DNA of 54,566 bases from Candidatus Micrarchaeota archaeon (lineage in GTDB: Archaea > Micrarchaeota > Micrarchaeia > Micrarchaeales > CABMGC01). Positions 1 through 8,510 of the stretch are shown here, in pieces (positions within the stretch are counted from its first letter, which is position 1; each line of letters begins with the position of its first letter). The stretch spans positions 1-54,566 of the forward strand of contig JAJZND010000018.1 in the NCBI GenBank assembly GCA_021848025.1. The letters are read 5' to 3'. Below the pieces are notes generated by a model. The model worked only from the letters and a program-made list of their open reading frames with translations, was not told where the DNA came from and ran no database searches. The translations under genes and the position numbers were made by a program.

Positions 1-41
1 AGCCAGTCACTGCCATGGAGATTGAGCTGCAGGCGAAATAA
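1..41 (+). CDS. 3' end of an upstream gene (…PVTAMEIELQAK*), weakly like the C-terminus of the chromatin protein Alba
   Basis: Open frame 3..38 ending in TAA at 39-41, convergent with rfcL. Resembles the Alba V-S/T-x-I-E-I-x-L tail, but only 12 codons are visible. Confidence 0.25.
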   Translation, partial: PVTAMEIELQAK

Positions 42-51
42 GCAAGGCCGA

Positions 52-1278
52 TCAGACAGGGCCCGCCATGCCTACTATATATTTGACATCATCCTCGTCG
101 AGCCTGAATGAGGAATAAGCCATTTCTATCATTTTCTCCTCTCCATAAACTGATTCAAGGTTCTTGAGCATAGATTTTATCAGAGGCAGATAACTGTTTA
201 TTATCTGCTTGGAACTCGAGTGCAACACTGTGGAGAGCTTTTCCGCTATTGCACTGTTGCTCGATCTGGCCTTCTTTGTAGCGCTAAGAAATCTTATTTT
301 GGATGGGAATGCATATGGGGTTAGCATAGTGATATCCCCTCTTCCTGCAAGCGAAACGCCGGAAGAAGCAAGGATCTGCGCATATCTGAGATAGCCGTAA
401 TAGTTTGTCCTTGTAGCATTATTTGAGAGTTTGCTCGCCTCTGCAAGCGCAGAGTACGCCATTTCAACATCCCTTTTAGATCTATACCTGTTAGGTATGT
501 TTTCATCTACCCAGTTAATCAGCATCTCCAGGTCTATCTCGCTCCTTATAGCTGCATTCTTGGCGATGTCAAAGCTTGAGGTCTTGAAAATCTTGTCCAG
601 CACCCCAAAAACCTCTATTTTAGTGTCCCTTATCCCGAGATTGTCGAGGAGCTCTGCACCTGAGCCGAGCATAGCCTCAAGGTCGTTCATGGCGCCCCGT
701 ACATCGCCATTGCTCCTTTTGGAGATGGTGTCTATAACTTCATCTTTAACAGGGTATCCTTCGCGTTTGGCTATCTCCTTCAGGAGCAATGCAATCTCAT
801 AATCGTTCACTTTCTTGAATTCTACCTTTTCCACGCTGTTCCTGAGGAATTCTATCTTCCTGTCCCAGAAGTCGTTTGCAGTGAAGACTATCGGCTGCAT
901 CGAAGTCTTAATCACCTCAGATATCACGCGCTCTGCGCCTGAATCAAATTTTCCAGAAAGTTCGTCTATCTCGTCAAGAAGGATAAGCACGGTCTTGTTA
1001 AAAAGGCCTCTGCTCCTGGTTGCGGGCACCAGCGTCTTCTTGAGCCTGTCTACATTTCTGTAGTCGCTTCCGCTAAGTTCCAGGATTTCAAATCCATTGG
1101 ACGCTGCGGCTGCGTGTATGGCTGCCGTCTTCCCGGTTCCAGATGGTCCAAAGAGCAGCAGCGGCTTCCTCTGCTTCCTGTTAGCTATGTCAGAGATAAA
1201 TAATGCGACCTTCTTCCTCGCTTCGCTGTTGCCTATTAGCTGGCTGAGCGCCTTTGGTTCGTACTTTTCGCAGAGCAT
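52..1278 (-). CDS. rfcL: Replication factor C large subunit
   Basis: N-terminal EKYEPK box, Walker A GPSGTGKT, ILELSGSD, Walker B LLDEID, GDVRGAMNDLE and C-terminal WVDENIP. ATG at 1278 preferred over TTG at 1290. Confidence 0.93.
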   Translation of the reverse strand: MLCEKYEPKALSQLIGNSEARKKVALFISDIANRKQRKPLLLFGPSGTGKTAAIHAAAASNGFEILELSGSDYRNVDRLKKTLVPATRSRGLFNKTVLILLDEIDELSGKFDSGAERVISEVIKTSMQPIVFTANDFWDRKIEFLRNSVEKVEFKKVNDYEIALLLKEIAKREGYPVKDEVIDTISKRSNGDVRGAMNDLEAMLGSGAELLDNLGIRDTKIEVFGVLDKIFKTSSFDIAKNAAIRSEIDLEMLINWVDENIPNRYRSKRDVEMAYSALAEASKLSNNATRTNYYGYLRYAQILASSGVSLAGRGDITMLTPYAFPSKIRFLSATKKARSSNSAIAEKLSTVLHSSSKQIINSYLPLIKSMLKNLESVYGEEKMIEMAYSSFRLDEDDVKYIVGMAGPV

Positions 1279-1339
1279 CCGATCACGCAATCATTACCTA
1301 TAAATAATGGTGAGCAAAATAATAAAATACCTGGCTCAT

Positions 1340-1414
1340 GCTCCTGTCGTCTAGTCCGGTCAAGGACGCAAGCCTCTCACGCTTGCGACCCGGGTTCAAA
1401 TCCCGGCGGGAGCA
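1340..1414 (+). tRNA. tRNA-Glu(CTC)
   Basis: Cloverleaf with acceptor GCTCCTG/CGGGAGC, anticodon stem CAAGC/GCTTG, loop CT-CTC-AC and T-loop TTCAAAT. No encoded CCA. Confidence 0.95.
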
Positions 1415-1573
1415 TCTATGCCTTGGGGTTATATATAGCGACCACATTTTGCACTCCTATTCTGTCGTCGAGTCTATTTTTTGTCGTCGGTAAATTCCGT
1501 ATCTTTTAGAGGTAGGATTCTAATAATATTTTAGCATGGAGAGGGGCTGAGAAAAAGAGGAGTTGCACTAATC

Positions 1574-1749
1574 TTATGTAACTTTATTCAACCTGAGTAA
1601 AGTTTTCCTTTTGAACATGATCGGTTTACCCTCTCTCACTTTCATCTTCAGATAACGCAAGTTTCTCTTAGAAATACCAACCATCCTCGCTTGTTTTAGT
1701 GTCATGTTTTTGATAATATCTGCTATCTTCTGCTTAAAATAATGAGTGC
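1574..1749 (-). pseudogene. Casposon-type C-terminal HTH remnant (possibly a 43-aa mini-protein from ATG 1705)
   Basis: Manual translation gives …KQKIADIIKNMTLKQARMVGISKRNLRYLKMKVREGKPIMFKRKTLLRLNKVT*, which parallels the HTH in ORF 2763..3053. Absent from the ORF track. Confidence 0.6.
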
Positions 1750-2613
1750 CTATAATTTGGTAATAACATACTTGGCCTTTTTCTTTCGCTTGCCTCTAGC
1801 TTGCAATATAATAACTTTGGCTCCTTCTTGCTCATAGAATCTTTTATATTCTTGGATAACTGCTCCAGAAATCTGACCTACATCCAATATAATAACGGCC
1901 ATGTCTGAGAACCCCCTGTCTTTATACTGTTTTAACTCAGTTACGCCTAATGCTAGTGTGCCTTTATTATCCGCATATTTTAATTCTAAAACCCCCTTTC
2001 CATTTATCTGTATGTCTCCTTCTTTGTGCATCATATATTTATTGTCTATTCGCATCTTCTCTCCATATTGTGTCATCAAGAATGTGTAAAGGTTGTTATT
2101 AAATTGCGCTTCGTCAGCAAATACCTGTTGGCTTATCATGTTCTGATATTTACTTCTAATACCTAAAAGTACTTCTTCGAAATCAGAATTACTTGAACCA
2201 GATTTAGTATCCAATGTAGATGAGATAGAAACTTTATTATTTGGTTCAGTTATCTCCTCTTCCTCTTCTGGTATATACTGGCTATCCTGCTTTGTACTAG
2301 AAGTAATGCTTGCTCCTTGTATTGCTTCTATTTCTCTTCTGTAATCATTCATTATTTCATAAACTTGTATTCGATTCTTCTCCGCAAAGTTCTTTATCTG
2401 CTCTAATGACAATCGTTTTAATGCATAATCTAAATAATGTGTGCGGGTCAATGTAATTTTATGCTTTTTACCATTTATATCCTCTTCATAAGGTGACGGT
2501 TCCCCTATTCCATAAGATTTACATATCCCCTTTAATTGAGCCATATCTAGTTTATCCAATATTCTTCTCTGTGCCTTAGAATAAGCTCGGCGTCTCTTGA
2601 TTTCATTAACCAC
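1750..2613 (-). CDS. Hypothetical protein with an N-terminal helical (SAP-like) region and a C-terminal PD-(D/E)xK nuclease-like domain
   Basis: Intact 287-aa AT-rich ORF with LDMAQLKGICKSYGI, an acidic linker, and E…GDIQING…VLELKY matching the D…ExK pattern. Confidence 0.6.
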   Translation of the reverse strand: MVNEIKRRRAYSKAQRRILDKLDMAQLKGICKSYGIGEPSPYEEDINGKKHKITLTRTHYLDYALKRLSLEQIKNFAEKNRIQVYEIMNDYRREIEAIQGASITSSTKQDSQYIPEEEEEITEPNNKVSISSTLDTKSGSSNSDFEEVLLGIRSKYQNMISQQVFADEAQFNNNLYTFLMTQYGEKMRIDNKYMMHKEGDIQINGKGVLELKYADNKGTLALGVTELKQYKDRGFSDMAVIILDVGQISGAVIQEYKRFYEQEGAKVIILQARGKRKKKAKYVITKL

Positions 2614-2762
2614 ATTGGTGCTAAGTATCTTTGAGCCAGTACCGATAGCTTGTATCCCCTTCTTGGCACTATCTTTTAGTGTGTCTATAAAACCTATTCA
2701 ACCACCACTATTAAGACACTAATTTATCTATATCCAGAAAGATTTAAGAGTATTGCTAATGT

Positions 2763-3053
2763 TCACAACTTCTCCATAACCTTGCCATAAACCTTGATTC
2801 TCTTGTCCTCTTTTATGTGTTTCTGCATATACCACAACGTTGACTTATTTATGCCTAACCTTTTGCGGTCTTCTGGCGTTAGGCTTGCTACCTTACTGCG
2901 AATGTTCGTGTTATCCTCTCGCTTTATCTCGAACTCAGGCACATTGAATTGAAGCTTGCCCGACTTGCCAATATGTTCAATATCTCCAATAACGATTTGT
3001 CTCCTTCTTGGCTCTCCGATATTGCCCCCGTACTTGTTATCATTATTATCCAT
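2763..3053 (-). pseudogene. C-terminal fragment of a Cas1-solo/casposase (HTH domain)
   Basis: LQFNVPEFEIKREDNTNIRSKVASLTPEDRKRLGINKSTLWYMQKHIKEDKRIKVYGKV resembles the C-terminus of archaeal family-2 casposon Cas1. The catalytic domain is absent. Confidence 0.7.
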
Positions 3054-3091
3054 TAGCCAAAAGGGATTCTGAAAACGTTTCCAGTAAAATT

Positions 3092-3121
3092 TTTAGTGAT
3101 ATATAATTTAGTGATATATAA
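3092..3121. repeat. Perfect 15-bp tandem duplication TTTAGTGATATATAA x2
   Basis: Read directly at 3092-3106 and 3107-3121. Confidence 0.9.
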
Positions 3122-3207
3122 AAAATTATCAGTGTTGCGCCTTCTCCCATTCGGTAATTGATGATTTGCCTATAACCATTTAATTTTATAATTATAACAT
3201 TTCCATC

Positions 3208-3759
3208 ATGGAAAAGATTTCCGGCGTCATAAGTTTAGCCATACCGGGTCCAGGCATATTTGGTGGATACTGGGCGCTTTATTTTACTGATACGAGAATT
3301 TTAGTTGTAGAGATGGAAAGTATAATTAATGCTATGAAGAACCTTTTATTGTCACAAGCCGGAGTTGCCCTTGCGACAGAAATAGTGTTAAGCCGTGTCA
3401 CCCGCCTTAACATACTCAAGCTTGCAGGAGGGGTCAGCGCCAGTGCAGTATTCCTTGCAGAATGGGAAGAACAAATAGAAAAGCAAGTAGAAATTTCCAA
3501 AGCCTTTGTAGAAGAGAGCCCTGAAAATCTGCTCTCACTCGGAAAGAAAAATTTCCAGATAAGTTATAGCACAATAAAAAATGTGGTTTTGAAAAGGGCC
3601 CATTGGGGTTCCAATAAAATATCCATCCAGGCCGATAAGAACTATAATTACGGCTTAATGGACATGTTCGGCGGCGTTAGTGATAAAGGCTTTGATGATT
3701 ACGCTAATCTTCTTAAAAAATTATTTCCAGGAAAATTGGAAATTACAAAAGGGATTTAG
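3208..3759 (+). CDS. Hypothetical protein, possible split PH-like fold
   Basis: 183-aa ORF with LYFTDTRILVV and NFQISYSTIKNVVLK, both PH-like strands. AT-rich. Confidence 0.65.
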   Translation: MEKISGVISLAIPGPGIFGGYWALYFTDTRILVVEMESIINAMKNLLLSQAGVALATEIVLSRVTRLNILKLAGGVSASAVFLAEWEEQIEKQVEISKAFVEESPENLLSLGKKNFQISYSTIKNVVLKRAHWGSNKISIQADKNYNYGLMDMFGGVSDKGFDDYANLLKKLFPGKLEITKGI

Positions 3760-3880
3760 TGACCATTGCTTTTACCGTTAAAATTCAAATGTTCGTAATA
3801 GATATTGCAACTAAACGCCACCACTCTCTGCATCTGCGAGCCATTTATTAATATTTATTATCTATTCTATTGTTGTATTT

Positions 3881-4714
3881 ATGATAGAGATAAAGGATCT
3901 TAAAAAGAAGTATGGCGACGGCACCTACGCGCTGAAGGGTATAGACCTTACCCTGAAGGAAAAAGCGACCGCAGTGCTAGGCAGGAACGGTGCAGGCAAG
4001 ACAACAATGCTAAGAATACTCTCCACGCAACTGCTTCCGACAAGTGGGCATGCAGTGATAGACGGATATGACGTCGTCAGGGATGCGGACAAGCTTAGGA
4101 AGAGAATGGTAAGCGTGCCGCAGGAGGCAGGCCCATTAGGGTATCTTACCCCCGAAGAGCATCTCAAGATATACCTGACCGCAAGGGGCATGTCGTTCTC
4201 AACTGCGAGGCAGGAGGCTGCACACGCGCTTAAGAGCATCGGCCTCTGGGAATTCAGGGACAAGACTGCAGATGAGCTTTCAGGTGGCATGAAGAGAAAG
4301 ATATTTGTGGCAATGGCTCTTGCATCCAATGCTGATATAATCTTCCTTGACGAACCTACTGTCGGCCTTGATCCGATTTCGCGTATAGAAGTATGGTCTG
4401 CGCTAAAGGGCCTCGGAAGCAAGATGGTGCTGACAACGCATTATATAGAAGAAGCCAAGGAGCTGACGAAAGACATAGTCATGATAGATGGAGGAAGGAC
4501 AAAGGCACATGGGACTGTTGAAAGGCTATTGAAAAAGAGTGCAGGTATGGTCAGGGTGGAATCAATTACCAGCGAAGAAGGCGAATATAAGATAGGCGGC
4601 ATTGCGATCTCATATGTCAAGGCGAGCGAGGCAGGCAGATATGCAGGACGCGGCTATATTGTCAAGCCGGTTGATCTCGAAGACCTCTTCATAATGAAGG
4701 GTGAAGATAAATGA
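3881..4714 (+). CDS. ABC transporter ATP-binding protein (DrrA-like)
   Basis: Walker A GRNGAGKT, signature LSGGM, Walker B IFLDEPT and H-loop TTHY. Confidence 0.95.
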   Translation: MIEIKDLKKKYGDGTYALKGIDLTLKEKATAVLGRNGAGKTTMLRILSTQLLPTSGHAVIDGYDVVRDADKLRKRMVSVPQEAGPLGYLTPEEHLKIYLTARGMSFSTARQEAAHALKSIGLWEFRDKTADELSGGMKRKIFVAMALASNADIIFLDEPTVGLDPISRIEVWSALKGLGSKMVLTTHYIEEAKELTKDIVMIDGGRTKAHGTVERLLKKSAGMVRVESITSEEGEYKIGGIAISYVKASEAGRYAGRGYIVKPVDLEDLFIMKGEDK

Positions 4715-5433
4715 ACTTACGATTCATCTCCTTATACGCTTGGATTACCGGCACTACTGCAATAAAGCGTGGCTTTTCATATACTCTTGGATACATGGTT
4801 ACTCCATTGGCATTGCTCTTCCTGTTTGGGATAATATCCGGCGGAGCCCTGATACCTATTGCAGTAATAGGTGGCCTAATATCCATAACAGCTACCGGCG
4901 CACTTTACGGGCTCTCGGATGTGGCAATGAACAGAATAGAACTCAAGCTGCAGGATCTTTTCGTAGCTACTGACATAAGCGTACTGGACTACATGCTCGC
5001 AATCTCTTTTAGCAATCTAATCTTTTCCATGCCGGGCATACTTGTTTACATAGCCATAGTGCTCTTTATGCACCTCCTTCCTGCATTCTGGCTGATTGCC
5101 ATAGCTCCGATACTGGTGCTTCTTGCAATCTCCATCTCCGCAATCTCGCTTATACTCGCATCGATTCCAAAACATCTGCGCAATGTCTGGGGTTTCCTTG
5201 GCATACTGACAGTTGTCTTTACGTTTATTCCTCCATTATTCTACAAATACACTCTGCTGGCAAAGCCTCTTCTTTACATCTTTATGCTCTCCCCAGTAAC
5301 CTCCGCAGCCATAATGGTGCAGAACATGGCAGGCCTTACGCCATTCCTCTGGTATGCCCCGATAGTCCTTGTAGCAGAAACAGCGGTATACTTCGCCATA
5401 GCGAAGCCACTCACGCAGTGGCGCACAAAATAA
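4711..5433 (+). CDS. ABC-2 type transporter permease
   Basis: About 6 hydrophobic segments; the start overlaps the ATPase stop. Confidence 0.85.
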   Translation: MNLRFISLYAWITGTTAIKRGFSYTLGYMVTPLALLFLFGIISGGALIPIAVIGGLISITATGALYGLSDVAMNRIELKLQDLFVATDISVLDYMLAISFSNLIFSMPGILVYIAIVLFMHLLPAFWLIAIAPILVLLAISISAISLILASIPKHLRNVWGFLGILTVVFTFIPPLFYKYTLLAKPLLYIFMLSPVTSAAIMVQNMAGLTPFLWYAPIVLVAETAVYFAIAKPLTQWRTK

Positions 5434-5640
5434 ATCAAGAAGAGTAGCTGCGCGCACTAATAGCAGGGTACTATTCTCTTTCGCCATCGCCAGACTCGGC
5501 GAGTGCAATATGCCTTTCGTCCGGGTTTTAGAATGCAAGCCGATTACTTTGTTCCATTTATCTTATTCATTACCTAAATTAAAACAAGTATTTATAAATC
5601 TTGCATGTTTGATTAATTAGAATCTAAGCAAGTGAGATCT

Positions 5641-7161
5641 ATGGCAAACAATACGCCTTATATAATAGGTGCGGTCATAATAATACTGATAATAATAGGT
5701 GCAGCTGTTTTCTTCTATGCGCCATCTAAATCAGCTACTACGCCGCCAGTCAGCCAGCAGAGCTCTTCGAATCAAAGCACGCAAACTCAGTACCAGAACG
5801 GCACCGTAAACGTTCCAATGCAGCTTACCGACCCTCCGGAAGTGCCATCCGGCACTCAATCCCTGGTCATAGCATACTCGAGTGAGCAGGTTCATCTCAG
5901 CAACGCAGGAAATCAATCAGGCTGGATATCTGCGAAAGAAAACGGCAGCATAGATCTCCTTTCCATAGTGAATCTAAGTCAGACAATAGGCACGATTTCA
6001 GTTCCATCAGGAGCCAGGATAAACATGGCAAGGTTCAATATAACTTCTGCTTCGATAGTTATAAACGGCACCACATATAACGTAACAGTTCCAAGTGGCG
6101 AAGTCACAGCTCACATAAACGATGAGCAAGTGAACAGCTCTTCTGGAATACTGCTTGATCTTTCTCCAACTGTTGCAGAAATAGTCACCGACAATTCAAC
6201 TATCTTTGTTATGGTTCCTTCAGTAAAGGCCATTATAGTTGCCAATGCATCCGCTTCCGCGAATGCTCACGTAGGAGAGAAAGCAAAATTAACCGAAAAG
6301 GAACATGCTGAGCTTAGGTATGCAGCACCAAACATAACAATAACAAACGCATCTATAAGCGTAGGTGCAGACAACGTAACCCATATCTCAGTCACAGTGA
6401 AGGACAATTCAAACAGCAGCGTTATTCTAAGGCATTTAAGCGTTTTCGGTAACATTACTGTCCGTTTCAACAGCTCGCGTGTAGAAGACAGGATTAACAA
6501 CTTCGTGAACATATCTGTAGAAAGGCTGAATAACATGTGTATGAAGTACTATAATCATCTAAACCAGACGGGTGCCCGTGCAAATGCATCTTCTTCCATT
6601 TCTACCGAAGGTAACGATTCTGGAATCAACGGAGGCGCGAACCTGAACATTTCAGGGTATGGCAGCATTGGAAATAGCCATGAAAAATCCTCATCGAACA
6701 CTAGCGATAAATTCAACGAAACAGGGTTCAAAGATTACTTCCACCTGAATAACTCAATAGATGTTACCGGTGGGTTTGAAGGCGGAGTCCAGTTGGCATT
6801 TAATAGCAGCGTCTGCAGCGGCAATTGGACCAATTCATCCAGGCATGAACTCGATGGGGCAGAAACGAATGCAGCTGCGGCAGTACTCCGCCGCGAGAGC
6901 GATCATAAAATGTCCCTGCTGTTTGCTATAAACAGCAATGATTCGCTGAGTCTGCCTATGGCAGAGGGAGAGGTAGGGAGCAACGGAATCGTTCTAAACG
7001 CCAACCAGTCAATCACACTTCAATTTACCGGGGTTCTTGGTCCGCACAGCGACAACAGTATACTGCATGGTGCACTTGTCTCAGGCGATGCGTACAAATT
7101 AGTGATACAGGGAGAAGATGGAGCCAGGGCGCAGACGAATGTTACGGCAGTTTCAGGTTAA
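5641..7161 (+). CDS. Membrane-anchored surface protein with DUF4382-like domain
   Basis: N-terminal TM helix, S/T/Q-rich linker, VPMQLTDPP motif and many N-x-S/T sequons. Confidence 0.75.
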   Translation: MANNTPYIIGAVIIILIIIGAAVFFYAPSKSATTPPVSQQSSSNQSTQTQYQNGTVNVPMQLTDPPEVPSGTQSLVIAYSSEQVHLSNAGNQSGWISAKENGSIDLLSIVNLSQTIGTISVPSGARINMARFNITSASIVINGTTYNVTVPSGEVTAHINDEQVNSSSGILLDLSPTVAEIVTDNSTIFVMVPSVKAIIVANASASANAHVGEKAKLTEKEHAELRYAAPNITITNASISVGADNVTHISVTVKDNSNSSVILRHLSVFGNITVRFNSSRVEDRINNFVNISVERLNNMCMKYYNHLNQTGARANASSSISTEGNDSGINGGANLNISGYGSIGNSHEKSSSNTSDKFNETGFKDYFHLNNSIDVTGGFEGGVQLAFNSSVCSGNWTNSSRHELDGAETNAAAAVLRRESDHKMSLLFAINSNDSLSLPMAEGEVGSNGIVLNANQSITLQFTGVLGPHSDNSILHGALVSGDAYKLVIQGEDGARAQTNVTAVSG

Positions 7162-7254
7162 GCCTGGGCAATAAGCCGAGAAGCGGCGAATCTGCAGAAT
7201 GTTTGCCCTGCGGCTTCCTGCAACCTGAAGGCCCGAGAGCAATCGCATTAAGGT

Positions 7255-7899
7255 TCACTCTGCAGCCTGCTTGACATATGAGATAAAAGTCTCCTCTGGA
7301 ACTGCACCTTCGAAAGAGATGCTATCATTTATTACTATTTTGGGCACTCCCATAACCCCGTACCTGCCAGAGAGCTCTGAAAATTCCATAGCTTCAATCA
7401 TACTGGCCTTTATATTGGTATTTTCAAGTGCCGCCTGATGCGCCATCCTTACTGCAGCAGGGCAGTAAGGGCAAGTCGGAGTGACGAATACTTTTATTTC
7501 GATCTCTTTGTCTATCTCCTTTATTGTTTTCTTGGCTGCGTTTGAGAGCCTGCTTCTTGATTGCGAAATGTCTATTAAATCTTCGACTAAGGAGCTGAAT
7601 TCGTAGCCTGTAGGCATTCCGTAGTAATAAATGCGTGAAGCTATTGCGCCCTGAAGCAGTATCGCCGGCACCATTTCCACACCAAGCACCTTGGCTTCTT
7701 TCTGATGGTCGTCTATATTGTAAATGAATAGTTTCAGCTTATCATTAATGCTACAAATCTCGTTCACTATCTTTGTTACCGTGTCACAGTGTTCGCATAT
7801 ATCCTTTTTCTTGCTGATAAACAGCCATATCCTTACCTCCCCCTTCAGTTCCTTAGAAAACTTGCCAGCAAGCTCTTCCCTAAGTTTTTGATCTATCAT
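7255..7899 (-). CDS. Protein disulfide oxidoreductase (two thioredoxin folds, PDO/GlrX-like)
   Basis: CEHC and TPTCPYCP motifs, GMPTGYEF and VMGVPKIVIN. Confidence 0.92.
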   Translation of the reverse strand: MIDQKLREELAGKFSKELKGEVRIWLFISKKKDICEHCDTVTKIVNEICSINDKLKLFIYNIDDHQKEAKVLGVEMVPAILLQGAIASRIYYYGMPTGYEFSSLVEDLIDISQSRSRLSNAAKKTIKEIDKEIEIKVFVTPTCPYCPAAVRMAHQAALENTNIKASMIEAMEFSELSGRYGVMGVPKIVINDSISFEGAVPEETFISYVKQAAE

Positions 7900-8062
7900 T
7901 TCCATTCCAATCCACCTTACCAATAATATTTTTCTTTTCTGCCAAGATTTGTTTCACGCCCTCTTCCGCAGAGAGCAATCTTTCCTCTCGTATGCAAACA
8001 TTCCGGCTGCGCAACTGCATATTTTATAAGATTTTAGCTATTTAAATAAGAAAGTAACAGCA

Positions 8063-8365
8063 GTGTTACCTATGCAAAGTGCAGACTCCTTTTCAAGAAT
8101 CATTAATATCATGGGCACCAAGCAGAGATGGCATATAATGAGGTGCCTCTTAATAGGGCATACTAAGTTTAACCAGATCAAGCGCGACTGCAATATGAGC
8201 TCCGCTTCCCTTTCAAGAACCCTGAAGTACCTCGAATCGAAGGGTCTGGTAACCAAGCGAATCTCAAAATCCCGGAACCCGTCTTCAGAGTATTTACTAA
8301 CAAAAACAGGTCTCGAATTTTCAGGAGCGATAGAAGCTCTCTCAAAGCTGGGCAAACGCATATAG
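8063..8365 (+). CDS. HxlR-family winged-helix transcriptional regulator
   Basis: FNQIKR…SSASLSRTLKYLESKGLV…EYLLTKTG pattern. Confidence 0.85.
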   Translation: MLPMQSADSFSRIINIMGTKQRWHIMRCLLIGHTKFNQIKRDCNMSSASLSRTLKYLESKGLVTKRISKSRNPSSEYLLTKTGLEFSGAIEALSKLGKRI

Positions 8366-8510
8366 CATATCCTGTACTGTCATCCTTACAATGGAAATCC
8401 TATTCAAGCTTGCTTTGGTCCAGACAGTTGAATTAGAATTAGTCAAGCAAGCACATCTTCCCATAAGGCGCAATAATATATTATGTACATAAGCGTATAA
8501 ATAGAAAGAT

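Larger units (their letters stand above)
1425..3121. mobile_element. Degenerate casposon-like element integrated at the 3' end of tRNA-Glu
   Basis: Sharp shift to AT-rich sequence. It begins GGGGTTATATATAG 10 nt after the tRNA and contains two casposon-type HTH C-terminal remnants and a nuclease-like gene. The right end was not found. Confidence 0.6.

Noticed and set aside
3578-3588. AAAATGTGGT matching the reverse complement of sequence near 1441-1450, as a possible right TIR
   Set aside because: Only about 10 bp, inside an intact ORF, and lacking the terminal TATATAACCCC. Probably chance.
1415-3880. CRISPR-Cas locus suggested by the Cas1-like fragment
   Set aside because: There is no repeat-spacer array and no other cas gene. 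The fragment matches the HTH tail typical of casposases.
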